NCBI GenBank assembly: GCA_965208575.1
Contig: CBDBOV010000002.1
Span: 64,001 to 128,000, forward strand
DNA from: Spirochaetia bacterium
GTDB taxonomy: Bacteria > Spirochaetota > Spirochaetia > SZUA-6 > Bin103
Length of the DNA stretch: 64,000 nt
Direction: 5' to 3'
Shown one piece after another: positions 60,092 to 64,000 of the stretch; the stretch's first letter is position 1; every line of letters starts with the position of its first letter. The notes beneath the pieces are model-generated. The model did no database searches and was not told the DNA's origin. It saw only the letters and a list, made by a program, of their open reading frames with translations. The position numbers and the translations under genes were made by a program.

Positions 60092-61462
60092 GTGGCTGAT
60101 CATTGGGACTACGAGGCGTTCTGGAACGAGGCGCGCGAGCGGATCAGGGACACCATCACCAGACAGGAATTCGATACCTGGTTCGCCAACATGACCTACC
60201 ATGGTTCGCAGCAAGGAGTCATCGAACTCGGCGTGCCTTCCACGTTCTACCGCGACCAGGTAGCCCAGCGATTCCAGCCCGCTATCGAGCGGGCGCTGTT
60301 TGAGCTGTCGGCACTCCACCTCAAGCTTGCCTACGTGATTCGCGGCGTGAGTCAGTCACAGCCGGCCGCCCCGGCCGCCGCCCCGGCCGCCCCGGTGGCG
60401 TCGCTGCTGGTCGAGGCGCCGCGCCGGCACCGTCAGCTCAACCCCGACTACACGTTCGATCGACTGGTGGAAGGCGAAAGCAACACCTTCGCCCTCAACG
60501 CGGCCGTGGCCATCGCCAAGAACCCGGGCCGCGCCTACAACCCATGCCTGGTATACGGCGGTGTCGGTCTCGGCAAGACCCATCTCCTGCAGGCGATCGG
60601 CAACTGGGCACACGCTTCTCTGCCCGACCTCAAGGTGGTCTACGTCACCGTGGAGACCTTCACCAACGAGTTCATCCAGTCGATCAAGGAGAAGACCGGG
60701 CACCGCTTCAAGAACCGCTACCGATCCGCGGACGTGCTGCTGATCGACGACATCCAGTTCCTGCAGGGCAAGGTGGAGACCCAGCAGGAACTGTTCCACA
60801 CCTTCAACGCCCTGTACGACGCCAACAAGCAGATGGTGTTCAGCAGCGACCGCCCGGTGTCGGAACTGATGAACCTGCCGGACCGCCTGATCAACCGATT
60901 CGAGCGCGGCCTCAACGTCGACCTGCAGCCGCCTACCTACGAGACCCGCATCGCCATCGTCGCCCGCAAGATCGAAGAGCGCGGATTGTCCCTCGAGCAC
61001 GGCATCGTCGAACTGATCTGCCGCAACATCCGCTCCAACGTCCGCGACCTGGAGAAGGCGCTCACCAAGCTCGCGGCCTACACCGAGCTGATGCAGCGCA
61101 CCATCACGCCGCCGATCGCGCAGCGCGAACTGCAGGAGTTCTTCGCCAAGCCCGAGCACCTGAGCATCACCATCGACGGTATCCAGCGCGCCGTGGCGGA
61201 CTACTTCTCGCTCACGCCGGCCGACCTGAAGGGCAAGAAGCGCACCAAGGCGATCGCCTTTCCGCGCCAGGTGGCGATGTACGTATCGCGGTCGCTTACC
61301 AACTTCTCCACCACCGAGGTCGGCCTCGAGTTCGGCGGCCGCGACCACACCACCGTCATGCACGCGTGCCAGCGCATCACCGACCGGCTCAAGACCGACG
61401 CCACCCTCGAGCCCACCCTGCAGCGGATCATCAACACCTTGCGCCAGAAGAGCGTGGCCTGA
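60092..61462 (+). CDS. dnaA: Chromosomal replication initiator DnaA
   Basis: YTFD, YNP..VYGGVGLGKTHL, LLIDDIQF, RF..GL, FGGRDHTTVMHA; RBS AGGAGG. Confidence 0.98.
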   Translation: MADHWDYEAFWNEARERIRDTITRQEFDTWFANMTYHGSQQGVIELGVPSTFYRDQVAQRFQPAIERALFELSALHLKLAYVIRGVSQSQPAAPAAAPAAPVASLLVEAPRRHRQLNPDYTFDRLVEGESNTFALNAAVAIAKNPGRAYNPCLVYGGVGLGKTHLLQAIGNWAHASLPDLKVVYVTVETFTNEFIQSIKEKTGHRFKNRYRSADVLLIDDIQFLQGKVETQQELFHTFNALYDANKQMVFSSDRPVSELMNLPDRLINRFERGLNVDLQPPTYETRIAIVARKIEERGLSLEHGIVELICRNIRSNVRDLEKALTKLAAYTELMQRTITPPIAQRELQEFFAKPEHLSITIDGIQRAVADYFSLTPADLKGKKRTKAIAFPRQVAMYVSRSLTNFSTTEVGLEFGGRDHTTVMHACQRITDRLKTDATLEPTLQRIINTLRQKSVA

Positions 61463-61499
61463 CCTCCCGGCGCGGCCCCGGCGCGGGTACAGGCACGGG

Positions 61500-61690
61500 A
61501 CAACCTGTGCACGAACTCTGCATCGCGCGTGGGCAAACCGGGCCGGCCGCACTCGACCTGGGTATAATGTGGATAGCCCCGCGCCATCACCAACCACCCC
61601 GGTGGACGGTTAAAATGAAACACTACAAAAGGTTACACTGTTTTTGCACATATCCTCGGCAACTACTACCATAACCCCCAATCAACTAGG
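61500..61690. other. Probable oriC, downstream part (DnaA boxes plus DnaA-trio-like run)
   Basis: TGTGCACGA 61506, TGTGGATAG 61568, TTTTGCACA 61642 followed by a GC patch and AACTACTACCATAAC. Confidence 0.7.
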
Positions 61691-61707
61691 AAGAAGGGAA
61701 TGACACG

Positions 61708-62814
61708 ATGAAGTTCACCTGCGAGCGCGAGTCCATCCTGCACGAGATCGCCAACGCCTACGAAATCATCTCGGTACGCAACTCGTTGTCGATTCTGTCC
61801 AACGTGCTGCTCGACGTCACGGGGCGAAAACTGACCATTCGCGCCACCGATCTGAAGGTCAACTACGAGTCGACGATACCGGTGGAGGTCAAGCAGCCGG
61901 GCAGCGTGACGGTGTTCTGCGACAAACTGCACAGTATTCTCCGTTCGCTGCCCGACGGCGAGGTGGAGCTCGAATTGTCGGACGACACCGTGCTGCGCAT
62001 CAGTCCGGTGTTCAAGAACATCCGCTTCCAGCTCAAGGGCATAGCGGCCGACAAGTACCCGCCGTTCCAGGGCGATGCCGAGGAGCAGGCGTTCACGTTC
62101 GGGAAGCAGGATCTGATCGAGATGATTTCCCACACCCTGTTCGCGGTGTCCGACGACGAGACCAGGTACTTCATGAACGGTGTGTTCCTGGAGAAGCAGG
62201 GCGACCAGATCATCATGGTGGCGACCGATGGGCGGCGGTTGGCCTACGCGTCGAAGGAGGTGGATGCCGCGGTTGCCGACTTCAAGGGGGTGATCATTCC
62301 TCCCAAGGTGCTGAGCGTGGTACGCCGGCAGGCGCCGCGCGAGGGCGAGCTGCGCATGACGGTGAGCGAGCGCGGCTTCCACGTGTCGTTCGATACCCAG
62401 CACCTGTCGTCCAACCTGATCGAGGCGCAGTTTCCCAACTACCAGCGGGTAATCCCCGAGCGCCAGGAGCAGCGCCTGCTGATCGAGCGCAGCGCGTTCG
62501 AGGAAGCACTGCGCCGGGTGTCGCTGCTGGTGGAGCAGAAGTCGCGCCGCATCTACCTGGAGAGCCGGCCCGACAACCTGGTGATCCGGTCGAGCGAAGG
62601 GGAGATCGGCGCCGCGCGCGAGGAGGTTCCGTGCCAATACGACGGACCGGAGATCGTGCTGGCGTTCAACTTCGAGTATCTGCTCGAGCCGCTGCGCGAG
62701 ATGTCCGGCGACCAGGTGGCACTGGAGTTCACCGACAGCGGCAAGGCGCTGTCGCTGCGCCCGGAACCGGAAGGCGACTTCTTCCACATTGTCATGCCGA
62801 TGCAAAGCAGTTGA
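61708..62814 (+). CDS. dnaN: DNA polymerase III beta clamp
   Basis: ILSNVL, ATDL, DETRYFMNG, VATDGRRL, FPNY.RVIP, VMPM. Confidence 0.98.
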   Translation: MKFTCERESILHEIANAYEIISVRNSLSILSNVLLDVTGRKLTIRATDLKVNYESTIPVEVKQPGSVTVFCDKLHSILRSLPDGEVELELSDDTVLRISPVFKNIRFQLKGIAADKYPPFQGDAEEQAFTFGKQDLIEMISHTLFAVSDDETRYFMNGVFLEKQGDQIIMVATDGRRLAYASKEVDAAVADFKGVIIPPKVLSVVRRQAPREGELRMTVSERGFHVSFDTQHLSSNLIEAQFPNYQRVIPERQEQRLLIERSAFEEALRRVSLLVEQKSRRIYLESRPDNLVIRSSEGEIGAAREEVPCQYDGPEIVLAFNFEYLLEPLREMSGDQVALEFTDSGKALSLRPEPEGDFFHIVMPMQSS

Positions 62815-62827
62815 AGCAGCGCTCGCG

Positions 62828-63925
62828 TTGGCTCTGCTGGCGGTGCGGCTCACCGATTTTCGCAACATCGCATCGCTGCGCATCGACATCGACGGCCGCG
62901 ACGTGTTCCTGATTGGTGACAACGGGCAGGGCAAGACCAATTTCCTGGAAGCGGTCTATCTGCTGTGCTACGGCGCCTCGTTCCGCACCCGCAACGACCG
63001 CGACCTGATAGCCAATGGCAGCCGCGAGGCAGCCGTGTGGGGCCGGCTGGCCGCCGGCGACGAGCAGCGCGGCGTCGGCATCGGCCTGGAGCGAAGCGCC
63101 GGCAAGCGGATCGCGGTAGACGGCAAGCGCATTCGCGACCGTGCGGCACTGATCGAGTTCGCCCCGGCGATTGCCTTTACCCACGAGGACCTGCGCTTCA
63201 TCGACGGAGATCCGGAGCGGCGCCGGAGTCTGTTCGATCACACGCTGTCGCTGTTCAACCCGTCGTTCATCGACGTGCTGCGGCGCTACCGGCGCGCGCT
63301 GCGGGCGCGCAATGCGCTGCTGCGCACCGGCGACGGCCGGCACGTCGACGTATACGAGCCGGTGCTCGCGACGGCGGGTTGGGAAATCCGCACCCGGCGC
63401 GGCGAACTGTGCGCCGAGTTTGCCTCCGTGTTCGCGGATCTGTGCGATCGAATCGGCGGCATGCGGGACGCCAACATCGAGTATCGTCCGTCCTGGCGGC
63501 GGGCGGCGTGCGCCGACGACGCCGAGTCCGAGTTGCGCGCGCGCCTGGAGCGCGACCTTGCCGCCGGTACCACGACCAGCGGTCCGCACCGTGACGACTT
63601 CCTGATTACGCTCGGAGAGGCGCGCTTCGCGGCGCAGGGATCGACCGGCCAGAAGCGGCTGGCGTCGCTGGTGCTGCGCGTTGCCCAGGCGGAGTTCTTC
63701 GAGCGCACCACCGGGAGGCGGCCGATCCTGCTGCTCGACGACGTGCTGCTGGAGCTGGACGCCGGCAAGCGGGAGCGGTTTCTGCGTCACCTGCCGGCGT
63801 ACGAGCAGGCGTTCTTTACCTTTCTTCCCGACGAACCGTACCAGCGCTACGGGCGCGCCGGAACCATCAGGGTTGCCGTGTCCGGGGGAGCGTTCACACC
63901 ATGTACCGAGCCGGCGACCTGCTGA
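62828..63925 (+). CDS. recF: DNA replication/repair protein RecF
   Basis: FRN, GDNGQGKTN.LEA, SFR, GPHRDD, STGQ, LLLDDV..ELD; start approximate. Confidence 0.96.
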   Translation: MALLAVRLTDFRNIASLRIDIDGRDVFLIGDNGQGKTNFLEAVYLLCYGASFRTRNDRDLIANGSREAAVWGRLAAGDEQRGVGIGLERSAGKRIAVDGKRIRDRAALIEFAPAIAFTHEDLRFIDGDPERRRSLFDHTLSLFNPSFIDVLRRYRRALRARNALLRTGDGRHVDVYEPVLATAGWEIRTRRGELCAEFASVFADLCDRIGGMRDANIEYRPSWRRAACADDAESELRARLERDLAAGTTTSGPHRDDFLITLGEARFAAQGSTGQKRLASLVLRVAQAEFFERTTGRRPILLLDDVLLELDAGKRERFLRHLPAYEQAFFTFLPDEPYQRYGRAGTIRVAVSGGAFTPCTEPATC

Positions 63926-64000
63926 AGGAGGTGCTCGCGCGCGCCGGGTTCGACGCGCAGGCGCCGGAGGCACGCATCTACCGCGTGTGGGACGACATCC
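63901..64000 (+). CDS. DUF721/DciA family protein, 5' part only
   Basis: MYRAGDLLKEVL...IYRVWDDI overlapping the recF end; typical synteny. Confidence 0.7.
   Translation, partial: MYRAGDLLKEVLARAGFDAQAPEARIYRVWDDI

Overview
A very GC-rich bacterial chromosome segment that ends at the probable replication origin (AT-rich DnaA-box regions on both sides of dnaA, then dnaN-recF-DUF721). The dnaA-dnaN-recF-DUF721 order, the TatT/TatP TRAP system and the style of the sugar-binding protein suggest a spirochaete. The ankyrin protein, sialidase-like protein and autotransporter would fit a host-associated (e.g. sponge) symbiont. Both assignments are inference. The left half (1-32 kb) is accessory and catabolic: GH4 glycosidase, xylulokinase, sugar ABC transporter, toxin-antitoxin pairs, a decaying 15.8-21.5 kb patch, an oxidative cluster and an autotransporter. 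The right half holds housekeeping and DNA/nucleotide genes plus tRNA-Leu(GAG). Strongest leads: (1) nrdAB has the Chlamydia-type class Ic (Mn/Fe, tyrosyl-radical-free) signature and is preceded by an unannotated ribbon-helix-helix-like gene whose promoter carries TGAT repeats, a possible NrdR-independent RNR regulator; (2) two amidohydrolase-fold genes plus a Rieske ferredoxin resemble an AibH1H2/PtmU3-type dimetal C-H hydroxylase, flanked by dehydrogenases; (3) an in-frame Nudix/PLP-transsulfuration fusion; (4) a divergent sigma-like protein. Three short frameshifts may be sequencing errors. No CRISPR array, rRNA, integrase or intact transposase was seen. All calls come from reading motifs by eye; no database searches were run.
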